NCBI GenBank assembly: GCA_051294375.1
Contig: CM119267.1
Coordinates: forward strand, 3,460,192 to 3,524,191
Length of the DNA: 64,000 nucleotides
Origin: Paraspadella gotoi
Taxonomy: Eukaryota > Animalia > Chaetognatha
Reading direction: 5' to 3'
Notes under the pieces: generated by a model
Database searches by the model: none
Seen by the model: the letters and a program-made list of their open reading frames with translations, nothing else
Told to the model about the DNA's origin: nothing
Translations under genes and position numbers: made by a program
Shown: one piece after another, positions 28,256 through 42,290 of the stretch
Layout: each line of letters starts with the position of its first letter
Position numbering within the stretch: position 1 is the stretch's first letter

Positions 28256-29236
28256 ATGGCGCCCAACACGGAGAGTCCCTCCGTCGCCGAAACGACGCAA
28301 CTCCTTCAAGAATGGGAGACGGAGATTCGCCAGTCCAACGCCGAGGCTTCACAGCTTCCTCGTCTCATCGTCATTTTAGGAAAACTGGCGGACGTGGTGG
28401 AGATGGAAATGGATAATTACATGAAGCAGGTGAAGAAGTGCGAAAAATGTGTCGACAAGTTACTTAATTCAAAAGATTTTTTTTTATTCACTCATTAAGT
28501 TTCAAAATAAAAAAACGAAATGAAAGCCGAGGTCATTGATGATATGGCAAGAGGGATCATTAAAATATTACCCAGGTGATCGATGTAATGATGAGCAGGG
28601 TTTTCCGTCTCTCAAATGAAATCATGATTAAACAAAGCACTGAGATATTAGTAAACGGCAATGTTTATAAACAATTAGTGATTGTTTATATTTTTAAACA
28701 CCTTTACAAAATGGGAATAAGAATGACGAATTACAACGAGAGTTTATGTCCAACCGTAAAAGTGAGATTGATCGAAATTGCCTATTTATATTTTATTTAT
28801 ATTAATTTTAAAATCAAAAGGATCCTGACCCGTTCGACGATCGACATCCGGTCCGCGCTGATCCAGATTGCGCGATCGGCATCATCCTCAAAACTCTGTT
28901 CAAGAACGAAAACTTCATGAACAAACTCGTGGGGCAGTACATTCTCGATTCTGAGTAAGTAGGGTGGTTTAAAAAATGACAGAGAAATAATCGAAAAAAG
29001 GATATGATTTAAAGAAAAAGATTTTGTAAATAAAATGATAAAATCGAGTTTGATTCGTTTTAAGCGCCGTATTAACGGTCGCCACGGCACGCCTGCTTCT
29101 GGACATCATGCCCGGGGTGGAGACCAACTTTTTCTTTCAGGGCGCGGACCCTCTAATCAATCGATTGTTCCAGTGGGCCAAATCGGGTAAGAACTTTGCT
29201 CCACTCCCGAACGCCTTTCTTTTTTCTCAACTCACC

Positions 29237-29275
<39 letters not shown>

Positions 29276-32200
29276 TCTTTTAGAAGAGGATCCCATCAGC
29301 CTCTACGCTGCGGGGCTTCTCGCTCGAGCCATGGAAAACCAAGACATTGCTGCTTCCTTTCGCGAGAGGAACAACGGTCTCATTCCCATTCTGCTCAAGC
29401 GGTTGCACCGATACAGAGAGGAAAAGAAGCGGGAGAATCAAGGAGATTCCCAGGATTTGAGTCGACCCTTCGCCGAGTTCGGACGCGACCCGCCCATCAA
29501 CGGAAGGGCGACCCCGTCCAAACTTGAGGTTCTAATTTGACTTTAAAATTTATTTGATTACTTGGATTGTTATTTAACCTAAGATTAATTGCCTTTTAGG
29601 AAAGCTCTCCTTCAGAGTTTTCTTCTTCCAATGTGATGCGATCCCCGGTCCACTTTTCCCTCGACTCGCCCAATCTCTCGCCGCGTCCCACCCGCTGTCC
29701 TTCCGTCAACAATGGATATCACGATTCCGACATCGTCGATCCTCCACCCAAGCGGTCGCGCTCCGACGCCTTCCGCAACGGGAGCTGCGGCGGCTCCGGC
29801 GGCGGCGGCTCCGTCGGAAAATCCAACCTCGTCATCTCCGTGGAATCGATCGTCGGCGCCCGCAGTGTCCAGTCGCTGGATTCCAACTCGAACTCTTCGT
29901 GGGCGGAGATGGAACGATTCGTGATCGGGACTTATCGCATGAATCCTCCCTTGGCCACAGAGACGAAGGAACGCCTCATTATTCTTTACTTGACCGCAAT
30001 GGGCGAATACCAAGAGGTTTTGGGTCAGGTTTTGGAGAACAACGCCTTGTCTCTCATTCTGCAATACGTTAACCTGAAGGAGAACAGCGACGTTTGTCTC
30101 GCCTTTGAGGCGCTCAAGTATCTCGGTTCTTTGTTGTGCCACAAGAAATTCGCCATCGAATTTCTCAATGTCGGCGGCGTCCAAGAATTACTCAAGGTTC
30201 CGCGCCCCTCGATGGCCGCCACCGGGGTTTCCATGTGCCTTTACTACTTGGCGTACTTCGAGGACGCCATGGAACGCGCCTGCCTTTTGCCCTCCGCCGT
30301 TTTGAGGGAAATGGTCAAGTTTTGCTTGTGGCTGTTGGAATGCTCGCACGAGAGCGGCCGGTGTCACGCGACCATGTTTTTTAGCGCGTCTTTTCAGTTT
30401 AGGTGAGTTTTTGATATTTTTTGAACGAATATTAAGTCAGCTTAAATCAATGTTTTGCTTTTTCGTTGCAGAGTCATCCTGGAGCTGTTCGACGCGCAAG
30501 GCGGTCTGAGAACTCTGTTAAACGTCATGTCGAGACTCGAAGTCTTCGCCAACGAAGAATCCGCCGATTTAATCTCGGAAGACGAGCTCTACAGCAGCCG
30601 ACAACTTTGTCGGCACGTCGCTGTCGCCTTTAGACGATATTTTGAGGCGCATCTTTGCATCATGTCGGACAGCATTAGGTAGCCTTGGTTGTAAACAAAC
30701 TCTGTAGTATCCAGTATTCTTTATTTTTGTTCAATTTCTTATTTTAGACGATCTACGGCGCGAATGCAGGGAATGACGCCTCCGCTTCAAATGTCGGCCT
30801 ACAGGAGTCAGGCCATTCGATCGGCGACCGAATTGATGGAGAATCTTGAGATGGCGATGGAGTCCATGCCCGCGTCCGTCCAGTGGGAACCAGTCAACGC
30901 CTTTCTCAAACTCGGAGGAATTCCACTCTTTCTCAAGCTCATCGCCCTCTGTGGCGAAACCAACTACAACGGACGATCGGAGACGGTAATTTCTCGCAAT
31001 CAACTTTTCTTCGTTGAGTCGAAAGATTCTTTTACAATTCTTTTCGTTCCAGGTACGTTCGGCCTTGGACGTTTTGACCATCGGTGGTGTGGTGCCAAAG
31101 GTCCTCATCCGAATGACGGAGATGGTTAAACTTCCGGACAATCAGCGGGCCCCTGGCATGAACATCATCCTTTCGGCCGCCCATGGCGAAATCGTCGACG
31201 ATGCCTCCGGTGAGTTATTCAGTATCTCCCTTTCTAATCGGTCGCTCTGGTTTTTGCCCCGTATCACCATGGTGTTATTTTTTTTTCCAGTTCGTGTTTC
31301 TGCGCTTCAGTGCATCAACATGTGCGTTTCAGGTCCCAAAAACCGAATGCAGGGGGGAAGAATTACCTTCTCGGGTCCTTCGATTCGAAGGAAAACGCCC
31401 AATCGACCTGGAGCTGAAGACATCCTGGTTAAAATGTGGGAGTCCGTCAGGTAAACCGTGTTCTCTATTCTGAGTTGAAGTAATTTATTTGTTTTAAAAT
31501 ATCTTTTCTTTCAAAAACATCCAGATCTAATAACGGCATCATGGTCCTTCTAAATCTACTCGCCACAAAAACTCCCGTGACGGAAGCTGATCTAATTCGT
31601 TCGTTAGCTTGCCGCGCCCTGGTCGGTCTGGCGCGGCACGACCGCGTGCGGCAGATCATCTCCAAACTCCCGCTCTTCAACAGTGGACAACTGCAGTCGC
31701 TCATGCGCGAACCGGTCCTGCACGACAAGCGACTCGAGCACGCCAAATTCTGCAAATACGGGACGGAACTGCTGGAGAGGGTGACGGGGAAATCGCAAAC
31801 GGCCAACATCGACGACTCCGTGGATCGAATACGAAAGGCGGATGCGGTGTCGCAGACGAAGATCGTTTACCACGAGGATGAGTTGCTATGTCTCATTCAT
31901 CAACATCTTACGGAAAAGGTGAGCTTGTGGCGAATCCTAAATTCGCCTCTCGTATAGCTTGGTGAAACTCAGCTCGTCCAGCTGTAGGGAGATGCCTCAC
32001 AAACTGGGCATCACAATTGTCTCCCCGTTGCCATAAGCTATCTATTACTAGTATTAGGAAAACTGTACCAATGATTGCCTTTTTTTTTTCTTAGGGCTAC
32101 CACGAAGCCGCGGAAGCTCTTCAAAAGGAAGCCATGATCTCCACTAAAGCGGCGACAGGCACTACAATGGGTCCACCCTTGACCCCTGTAAATCGTCGCC

Positions 32201-34356
32201 AACTCGGGTTCGCCAGTCCCTCTTCTGGCCTTCAGCGACCCCCGATTCATTGCACCACTCCCCCAGGATTCTCGACTCCTACCAAACGCAACGTCCTCCA
32301 CCTTAAGGGCGCTACATCTAAGTCTTCTCCTGCTCCGACTTCCCCGTCCCCGAGCCACACTCGCGCCTTTATCCGGCAAAAGACTCCCTTCGGCGGCGCA
32401 GGCGCCAGTCACTTTCCGACGCCCGTCCTCCGAAAGCTCCAACCGCGGTGCCTTCAACCCAAACCCTCGGTGACTCTCGACACCATCGTGACGGACTACT
32501 TGCGGAAGCAGCACGCCGTTTGCCGAAATCCCGTCGTCGTCTGCCCGCCATTTTCCCTCTTCTCGGCACACCGCTGCCCTGAGCCGCGCCACAAGCGGAC
32601 CGCGCCGGCCTCGATCACGGCCCGCTTGCTAGATCGCGCCTGCTTCCCTTCGTACGGCGGACTCCATGGTCGGACGTTAGACCGAAAACTCATCCACTCC
32701 AAATTTCGCTCGGTGCGAACGTATCGCGATACGGAGCAGGACGGCACCTTTACCTCGGTCGCCTTTTCCCAGTGTCAACAGTGGCTGGCCTTCGGCACTT
32801 ACGCGGGCGAGCTTAAGCTTTATAATATCGACGCCGCGACGGAGTTTGCTTCGCGGGACTGCCACGACGCTTCCATTACGTAAGAAGGCTTTAGAAGCCT
32901 GCCATCGGTCGTTAATGTAAATAAGATGTTATTCCTCCTTCCAGCTCGATCCAATACTCTCGAAGCGGAAAACTCATGATCACGTCTTCGCCTTATGGTC
33001 AAGTCATGTCGTCGCTGTGGCGCGTGCAAGACGCGTCGCGCGGCGCGCAGCGGGACTTTTTAGAACCCGTCTGGTCCTTCGACACGGACAACTTTATGGA
33101 GTTCGGGAAGACCGTGCAGGACAAGGCGGTCGGCACGGAACGGGAAGTGGCTAAAGTTTACGACCTAAATACCGGTTGGTTGGGAAGAGAAAGAGATGCG
33201 TTATAGTTTGAAGTAAGAAAACAATATTTTTAAAACAATTTCTTTTATCGCAGGCACCCGAATATCCCAATTCATCGACGCCAACATCGCCAACAACTAC
33301 ACACGAAACCGAGCGACCTTCAACTCCACCGACGACCTCGTTCTCAACGACGGCATCTTGTGGGACGTTCGCAGCGGGAAAGTCATCCACAAGTTCGACA
33401 AATTCAACCCTCACATCTCGGGTCTCTTTCACCCCAACGATCTCGAGATCATAATCAACTCCGAAGTGTGGGACATGAAAACCTTTCATCTTCTCCGCAC
33501 TGCGCCCGCCCTCGACCAGTGCCACATCCGCTTCAGTGGCTGCGGAAACGTCATTTACGCCTTTAACCCGCAGTCGGAGGAGGAGCTGGAGGAGGAGTAC
33601 CAAAGCCCGATCGCCGAGCAGTTCGGCTCCTCCTTCCGCACCTTCGATGCGACGAGTTACGAGAACATCGCCACCATCGACGTCAAGCGACAGATCGTTG
33701 ACATGTGCATCGACCACACCGACGGATTCCTCGCCATCATCGAGAATCAGCGCAACAACGACAGCTTCAGCGAAGAGAGCGTCTGTCGTCTCTACGAGGT
33801 CGGTCGCGTCAAAGGCGTCGAGGAAGAAGATCCCGACGAAGAGGAGGAAGAGGACGACGAAGAGGATGACGACGAGGACGATGATGATGACGATGACGAC
33901 GACGACGGCGATGACGATCTCGAGGACGAAGAGGACGAAGACGATGGTCGTCGGCGGCGGAGGCGTCGTCGATCACGAAGGGCGTCGACGGAGGAACCGC
34001 TGATGGTCGTTGACCTGGACGGCGCCGATGACGCGCGCGATCTCCTTCAGGATGATTTGACGGAAAGTGGGAATCGTAACGGAAGAAACGGGGAAAACGA
34101 AGAAAACAGAAGGAACGGTGAAAACAACGATGGCGAAAACATTGACGATGACGAGGAAGACGACGACGACGAAGAGTGGACAACTTTGATGACTGAAGAG
34201 GACGACGACGACGACGACGACGACGACGCGGAAATCATCAGCCTCACCAGCGACGAAGTCGAAATCGTTGATGAGGGTGAAGATGACGACGACGATAACG
34301 ATGACTTGAATGAAGAGGACAACGAAGATGAAGATGTCCTTTACGCATTGAACTGA
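28256..34356 (+). CDS. DCAF1: DDB1-CUL4-associated factor 1 (VprBP), multi-exon
   Basis: [75 protein letters not shown], LisH-like [26 protein letters not shown]40 [23 protein letters not shown], long acidic tail. Confidence 0.96.
28531..28650 (+). ncRNA. Tentative intronic C/D-box snoRNA-like sequence in DCAF1 intron 1
   Basis: TTGATGA 28536, GTGA 28576, ATGATGA 28588 and CTGA 28640 lie in C-D'-C'-D order. No target identified. Confidence 0.25.
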
Positions 34357-34807
34357 GAAACAGAAACATTAATGAATAATGAACATTAAAGGCAAAAAAA
34401 AAGATAACTTTGAAGTGGATGGAAAGATAGTAAAAGTGTATCGCTTTATACATAAGACTTTTTTCAGCGTTTTCGATACGTGCCAAAATCGTTCTACGCC
34501 ATTGGTTTTCATACACGTGATGGAGTTTGTTTTGAGATTCATTATTTATGACAGAATGTTTTTTTTTATTCTTTCGTTTTCTCTATTTGTTGTTGTGCAG
34601 CAGACCTGATTATTTTATAATTTGTTCAACATCAGTTTATAAATTAAGCGTAATGAATCCGCTGGATTGTTAATCGTTGGTTGCGGATCTCTCCCAATTA
34701 TTTTTCTTTTTTCAGATACCAACTCTTTTTTGTCAAAGGAACTTGACTAAATTCGAAGAAATTCATTTCAAAAATATACTTGCACGAATCATCATCAGGG
34801 TGTTGCG

Positions 34808-37800
34808 ATGTCTCAACCTCCCGGAGCGTTTTCGGGACCGAGCGGCGGATTGATTCCTCCCGTGGCGGCGGTGAAGGGGCGTGCTCGTGGACGCGCTCGA
34901 GGTCGCCCGCCTCCGAGCGACGACTCCCTCATCAACGGAGACCAAGTGGGCTCGGGACCCGGAAGTATCCCGAGCTTCGGGTCGCGTCCTTCATCCGACG
35001 ACGGACAATCTTCCGCGTCGTCTCTTTCCTCCTCGCGAAGATATAACCGCGTCGCCTTTCGACCGAACCTCGGCATGCCCGACGTCGACGCTCCTGACCC
35101 TGACTCGCCGCCTGCGAATTTTCCGCCTCAACCTCATCCGCTCATCAGGCGAAGCCACGACGAAGCGTCTCTCGTTTCCGGCTTCGAGTCCTTCATCAGC
35201 AGCGACCGATCAAATTCCGACGGAGAAGACTCTGGCGCCGGCGAAGCCACCGACGGCCTTTCATTCTACGATCAATCAGAAGTCTCCAGCGAATCGCCTT
35301 CCAACGCTTCTCGACTATTGACGTCGACGGGCAGAAGCCTCGAAACATTTCACTCAAAATCCTCTCAAAATCAGAGAAGGACTAGCGGAACGACGACCGA
35401 TATCTTTTCGCGACGCAGATTCGAAGAACTCGGCGACTTGACATTCGCGTCCGACGTTGGGCCTCGCGCAACGGAATACGTCGGCGCGAGGCGGGGCGCC
35501 TTTCGTGGCCACGCCCACTCAACGTCCTCGCTAAGCGCCCGCCCGCTAAACAGAGGAGCGACTGCGTTCGGTAGGGGATGCTTCGACGGTTTCGGCGCTG
35601 CCGGATCCGCCGGTCCGAGCGACACGGGTTTAGTCGTATCAAACCCGATAATAAATAATGAAGACGTTGCAACGAGGACTGGAAGAATGACTTCTACTTT
35701 TGACGATGTCCCAGAGAACAGGGAAACTGAAACGAAGATTGACGACGGCGAGGAGCTGTGGAGGGTGAGGCATTGTGCCACGTTGTAGATGATAAAATAC
35801 ATACATATTTTTAAAGCGCAATCATCTATACTCGTTTGCAGGAAGAGCCCAGAGGAGCGCGCGCCAAAACGCTCCCACTGCGAGACCGCTCCGCTAAGAA
35901 TGAGAGCGGCGGCGGAAATCAAAGAGGTAATCGCGGCGTCGGTCGCGGTGGACGTGCTGGACGCGGCAGCCGCGGCGGACGCAGCGGCGGACGTCGTCGC
36001 CTGGATCCGTTGGAAGAACAGATGCAGCGGTTGTCGCTGGGAAAAAGAGTTCCGCCAAACATCGTGCATGGGAAGGACGGGATGAAGGAACTCATTTCCT
36101 ACATGACCGTCAATACTAAACCAAAACAGGTAGGGAACATAAGGTTCTCTGTTCAATAATAGCAAAAACTATTAACTGTATTTTTCTGACAACCAGTTCC
36201 GAAATGAAAACGGAGGTAAACGCGGGGAGACCGGAACACCAGTGAAACTTTTCTCCAACTCGTTTCACGTCGACGTGGCGAACGATTGGTGGCTTTACCA
36301 GTATGTCGTCCACTTTAATCCGGAGCAGGAGGGAAAGAGAATTAGAAAACAGGTGACGAGAACTCGGATGTCACTTGAGTCGCAACGAAAATTACAGTAG
36401 CGAATTTTTTTTTTCTCTCTCTCAGCTGGTCTACAACCTCAAGGAGAAATTGTTTCACGGCGCCATGATTTTCGACGGAATGATCGCCTATTCGCCCGTC
36501 AAGCTCTTAGATCAACCCACCGTCGTCAACGAAACCAGACAATACGACGGATTTCAAGTCCAACTTACCTTAAAACTCACCAACGAACTGCCTCCCGGGT
36601 CGCCCTCGGTCAAACAAATGTACAACGTTCTGCTGAGAGAGTCGGAAATATTGATGGGAATGACGCAAGTGGGAAGGTACTACTACAATCCCAACGACCC
36701 CACCATCATTCCCAAGCATCACATCGAACTCTGGCCGGGATTCTCCACGCGAATCGACACCTTCGACCAGGGAACCTTGTTGTGCCTCGACGTGCAGCAC
36801 AAAGTCTTGCGGCAGGACAGCGTCTTGGACGCCATCTACGAGATCGAGGAGGAGGCCAAGAGGCGGAAAATTGATAAATTCTCTCTGGTCGCCAAGAAAC
36901 TCGTCGGCGAAGTTTGTCTTACTCGATACAACAACAAAACTTACAAAATCGGTGAGATTGATTTGCTCCTTATTATAATTCACAAATTAATATCTTGAAA
37001 TCCATTCCTCGGTCGTCTCTTAGTTTTTTTTCTCTCACTCGTTTTTTTCCTCTCAGATGAAGTTGACTGGAGTTTGAACCCGAACTCGTCTTTCAATGCT
37101 CTCGACGGGCAGCTCATCACCTACCACGATTATTTCGAACGAGCCTACAACAAACGGATCATGGACTCGAAACAACCGCTACTCGTCTCCAGGGTCAAGA
37201 AGAAGGAAAAAAAAGTGAAGAACTCTCAGAATCAGTCCACTCACGACGTCGTCCACTTAATTCCGGAACTCTGCACGCTCACGGGTGAGCATCGCAATGC
37301 CGAAGATAATAATGATGATGATGATGATCGTTTTCTCTCTTTTGGTTTTTGAAGGCCTCAAGGACGAGATGCGTCGAGACTTCAACGTGATGCGAGATCT
37401 CGCCACCCATTCTCGAATGGCGCCCACGGAGAGAATAGAGAGAATGAGAAGGTTCGTTGCTTTTTCATTTTAAAATATCTCTTGAAATCAATTTTCGTTT
37501 TCTGAAACATGTTACAAAAATTTGTGTTCATTTCGAGGAAATTTTTGAACTCCCCCCCCCCCCACGACAGATTTATTCGCGAGATTCGTTCTCAACCCGA
37601 GAGCGCCGAGAACATGTCCACGTGGGGCTTGACCTTCGACCAAGACGTCTCCGTGTGCGACGGACGAGAGTTGGACCCGGAACAAATCTCCCAGGGCGGA
37701 AAGTTTTTCAACTACGATGTCAAAGGTCGTGATGATCGGAGAATATTTCTAGGCCTACGTAAATTCATTTTGATCTCGCTCTCAAGGTTTTTGTTTTTAT

Positions 37801-39591
37801 ACTTCTGTCTGCAGATTCAGACTGGAGCAGAATTATTAGAAACGTCCGTTTCAATGAACCGAGAAATCTGCAGTCCTGGTTCATATTTTATCCGGGACAC
37901 TTGGACAAGAACGCGCATCAGTTTGCGCATAAATTAAAACAGGTTGGAAGAAAACCTGAAATGTTTATTCTAGTTTAAAATAATATGTAAAAAGTTAACC
38001 GACAGTACCATCGGGACACGCTGCACAAGTTTTATTCATCATTTTTACCTAGGCTTGTCAGGGTATGGGAATGACGGTTAACAACCCGGAAATGGTTTCG
38101 GTCGGCAACGATAAAACTGACTCTTATATAAAGGCTTTGAAAAATAAGGTAAGCAATTTAAATGAACCCAGTGCTTGGTCGAGTTAACCCAATGACGATT
38201 GATCGATTAATCCAAAAGGTGGATTCCGATCGAACCGACATGGTCGTTTGCGTATTTCCCAACAATCGGAAAGATCGCTACGACACTATCAAAAAGTTTG
38301 TCTGCGTCGATGTACCAGTTCCCTCGCAAATGGTCATCGGAAAAACCATCAGTAAGCCGGATTTGTTGCCGGCCGTCGCGACGAAAATTGCCATTCAGAT
38401 GAATTGCAAGCTCGGAGGTTCGATGATTTTGACCGTGAATCTTAATTCGTGAAAAAAAACCTACATTAATTCGTTGCCTTCAGGGGAAATTTGGAACGTG
38501 ATGATTCCCTTCAAAAAAACTGGTTCCCTCATGGTGGTGGGCGTGGACACGTACCACGATTGCGCCTCCAAAGGATTTCAAATCGGCGCCGTCGTCTCTT
38601 CCTACAACGAGACGCTCACGCGATGGTTTTCGCGTCACACGCGGCAAAAGAATCACCACGAATTCTGCCAGGTGAAAAAATTCTCACTTAGTTTTATACT
38701 TAATGACGTTAGGAATTTAGTTTCGCTTTTGGTTTCAACAGGGTTTGAAGGCAGCGATGGTCTCTTCCCTGCGTCATTTCCGGGCAGTCAACGGCGTTCT
38801 TCCCGAACGGGTGATGATCTACCGAGACGGAGTGGGCGATGGGCAATTGGACGTCGTGCGCGATCAAGAGATTCGATACATCACCGCCTCTTTTGATCAA
38901 ATCTCCTCAAATTATCGGCCCAAGTTGACCGGTGAGAGAACGACCGATTAGTTAATTTCCCATTTTTTTAAAAAGTCCAAATTATAAATTGTAACATATT
39001 TGTCGTTTTAGTAACATATTTGTAACATATTTGTAACATATTTGTCCTTTTAGTAACATATTTGTCGTTTTAGTGACGGTCGTGACACGACGAATACCCC
39101 AGAGATTCTTCCGTCAGTCCGATACCGGCTTTCTCAACCCGCTCGCTGGAACCGTCGTTGACAACAAACTTACCAAAATGGAATTCGCCGACTTCTACCT
39201 CGTCAGCCAAAGCGTTAATCAGGTGAGTCTTGGGCGAGTGCACGGGACGCTTATAAAGTCATCGATCTCTGCTCGAACTTTGATCTTTCGACAAGGGGAC
39301 TGTGACTCCCACCCACTACAATATCATCTGGGACGAGTCGGGTTTGAAGGCCGACCATCACCAAAGACTCGCCTACAAGCTCACTCATCTCTACTACAAT
39401 TGGGCCGGAACTATCAGGTTTTGATTCCTTAAACTATTTTCTTCTTGCATTCGGATAAACGTCTTTGAACTCGTTAATTTTCCAGGGTTCCCGCTCCATG
39501 TCAATACGCGCACAAATTGGCTTTTGTTATCGGACAATCCTTACACTCCTCACCTCATCAAGATTTATCACCGGTTTTATGGTATCTTTAA
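34808..39591 (+). CDS. PIWI-clade Argonaute, multi-exon
   Basis: RG-rich N-terminus; [10 protein letters not shown]; [35 protein letters not shown]; [30 protein letters not shown]; catalytic D (VGVDTYHD), D ([10 protein letters not shown]) and H (CQYAHKLA) present; ends LWYL*. Confidence 0.96.
38991..39073 (+). repeat. Short tandem repeat (gtaacatatttgt..tttta) duplicating a PIWI 3' splice site
   Basis: Five gtaacatattt cores; TTTTAG ends at 39011, 39053 and 39073. Confidence 0.85.
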
Positions 39592-39808
39592 TTCAACTCG
39601 ATCTTGTCGATCTCATCCAAGATGAAGACTCTATTAAAATTATAACCGTAGATTTAGATAGCGTTGAGCATTGTTTTAGCATTCTTCTACCCAATATTTA
39701 TACGTTGTTTAGATTTGATAAATTTTTTTTAATCGAAAAGAAATTATGTTGTCATATGTATTTCGATTGTTTTCTTTTGGATTCTTCCTTTTTACGAAGT
39801 CGTACAAA

Positions 39809-42063
39809 ATGAGGTTCGTTTTATTTGCCGTCGTTCTCTCCGCATTTTCGGCGGTGAGGAGCGACACGCCGGCCAATTGTCATTTCGACGAAGTCGTCGG
39901 AAGCTGGACGTTCATGATCGGGGCCTCCCACGCGCCCGGCGCCGTCGAATGCAACGAGTCGACGCCGCTCGTGAACAAATATAAAGTGGAACTGGTTTAT
40001 CCCAACGTCGCCGTCGACGAATTTAACAACGTCGGATTTTGGACTCTGATCTACAATCAAGGGTTCGAATTGAGGATTGCGGGTGAGAATCTCAACCTTT
40101 TCTTTCTGTTAGATCAACATTAGAGCGTAGTGAAAGTTACGTATTAAAATTCTAAAAGTTAATTTTGAACAACGTACCACCAGTGAATACTAATTCGTAA
40201 AAAAAAATTTTATGTTTTGCAACTTTCGCAGTTGGCTATATTTATGTATAGTACTATCCTTATAAAATAGGCTTTTTTTAATTTTGATGGCAGAATCAAA
40301 TTCCTCGTCAAAAGTTGATAATGAAATAATTTTTAAAAATGATTTTTAAGTAAAAAAAACTATATTTAATATGGACAAATTTAATTTTCAGTTTTCCTCA
40401 CTTTTAAAATTTTAATTAAAGTTAAATTTATGATATTTACTACGCTTTAATCAATATATCCCGGATGTATATGTAACTAACTCCATAAGAAAAATACTCT
40501 TTTAAATCTTGAAAAAATATTTGCATATCGTTAAATCCTTCGACGAATGATAGTTATGCTCGAGCTTTGGGTCCGGGATTAGAAGGGGTCATTGCTTGTA
40601 GGTCGCATTCAAAATCGATTAAGTTCTCCGTTTACTCTTCCCTTTATTGAGCTGCTTTATTATTTCTTAGGCCGAACCTCTTTCAGTTTTTTCAAGTACA
40701 TAGACGTGGGACCGTACGTGTCCTCGTTTTGCGGTGAGCTTAGTCTGGGCTGGATTCACGACGTGGTAAACAAAAGAGCAAATTGATCGATGATATTACG
40801 TATCGCGATTTTTTGACGCTGTGATAAATTGGATTCTCGCGTTTGATAAATAGGTCGGTAAAAACTGGGCTTGTTTTCGGGCCAAAAAGCCTTCGGCCGT
40901 CGAACCTCGAACGGACTTTCATCCGCTGCTTCTTGACGAGAAGCGACTGAATCAATTTCGTGTGACTGACGAGGACAAATTGATTCGCCAGATAAACAGG
41001 TAGTTCCGTGATTTGCTCAAACAATTTTTATATACATAATACATATTACAATTATAAGTATAAGTAATTAAGTATTTATGTATATAAGTATGTATATAAA
41101 TGTGTTTTACAATAATTACACCAGCGCTCAATCTTCTTGGCAAGCCGGGCCTTCGGTGTTAAACGACGACGGGCTTTTCTCCTCGCATCTCCAAAGAGCC
41201 GGAGGCCGATTTTCCTCTCTACTTTGGCGCCCAAAACCTGGACCGATTTCGCCGGAGATCGCGAAAGCGGCGAAGGCGCTTCCCTCTAAATGGGATTGGA
41301 GAAACATGAACGGAAAGAATTTCATTTCGCCGATTAGAAATCAAGGTCGATTCATTTTAGTTGAGCTTTCATCGTCCTTCAAATTTTAAATTGATTGATT
41401 TTCTTCCCAGGCCACTGCGGCTCTTGCTACGCATTCGCCTCAATGGCGATGCTGGAGGCGCGCGTTCGCGTCCTCACAAACACCACCTCTACTCCCGTCT
41501 TCTCGCCGCAGGACATCGTCGAATGCTCTACTTATTCGCAAGGTTGCCGCGGTGGGTTTCCCTACCTGGTGGCCGGTCGCTACGGCCAAGATTTTGGCGT
41601 GGTAGCCGAATCGTGCAACCCTTACCTCGGCCGCGACGGAGCATGCAGCACCCCTTCCGATTGCCGGCGCTTCTACACTTCGTCTTACCGCTACGTGGGC
41701 GGTTACTACGGCGCCTGCAACGAGGCGGAAATGCGAATCGCCCTGGTCGAACGCGGTCCTTTCGCCGTCTCCATCATGGTTTATCCAGATCTCCGCTTGT
41801 ATCACGCCGGAATCTATCATCACGTCGAGACGAGTCACGACGCGCTCGCCGCCGCCGCCGGATTCGATCCATTTCAAGTCACCAATCACGTCGTCCTCAT
41901 CGTCGGCTACGGGACGGAACCCCAAACCGGCCAAGACTTTTGGATCGTCAAAAATTCCTGGGGCGAAGAGTGGGGAGAGAAGGGGTTCTTTCGAATTCGC
42001 CGCGGCTCCGACGAATGCTCACTCGAAAGCATGGCCGTCGAGGCTGATCCTGTCCTCTTTTGA
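39809..42063 (+). CDS. CTSC: Cathepsin C (dipeptidyl peptidase I), 5 exons
   Basis: Signal peptide, then exclusion domain [18 protein letters not shown]; LPSKWDWRN; [13 protein letters not shown]; [10 protein letters not shown]; [24 protein letters not shown]. Confidence 0.96.
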
Positions 42064-42290
42064 ATGGGCTAAAAGTTTTTTTTTTTACCAAAAAACAAAT
42101 TCTACGCAGTAGAGTCACCGAACAAATTTGTTTTCCCCCCCCTCAACAATCGACTACTTTTATATCTTGTGATCTCTTTCTTCTACCTTGTTTGACTGTG
42201 ATATGTTTTCTCTTTAATTATGATTATGATTGGTTTTATCCCGATCCAATTTATAGCGATCGAGATGTTCGAGCTCATGATGGACACGAT

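Noticed and set aside
31960-31992. ccagctgtaggga resembling the 3' end of a TPP riboswitch
   Set aside because: The CUGAGA and other conserved TPP core elements are missing.
33820-34340. (GAC/GAT/GAA)n repeats
   Set aside because: They encode the normal acidic tail of DCAF1.
42060-42290. ORF-track start of RAB40 overlapping the CTSC stop (apparent translational coupling)
   Set aside because: The start is TTG and the first ~75 codons are T-rich spacer sequence. The first ATG is at 42291.
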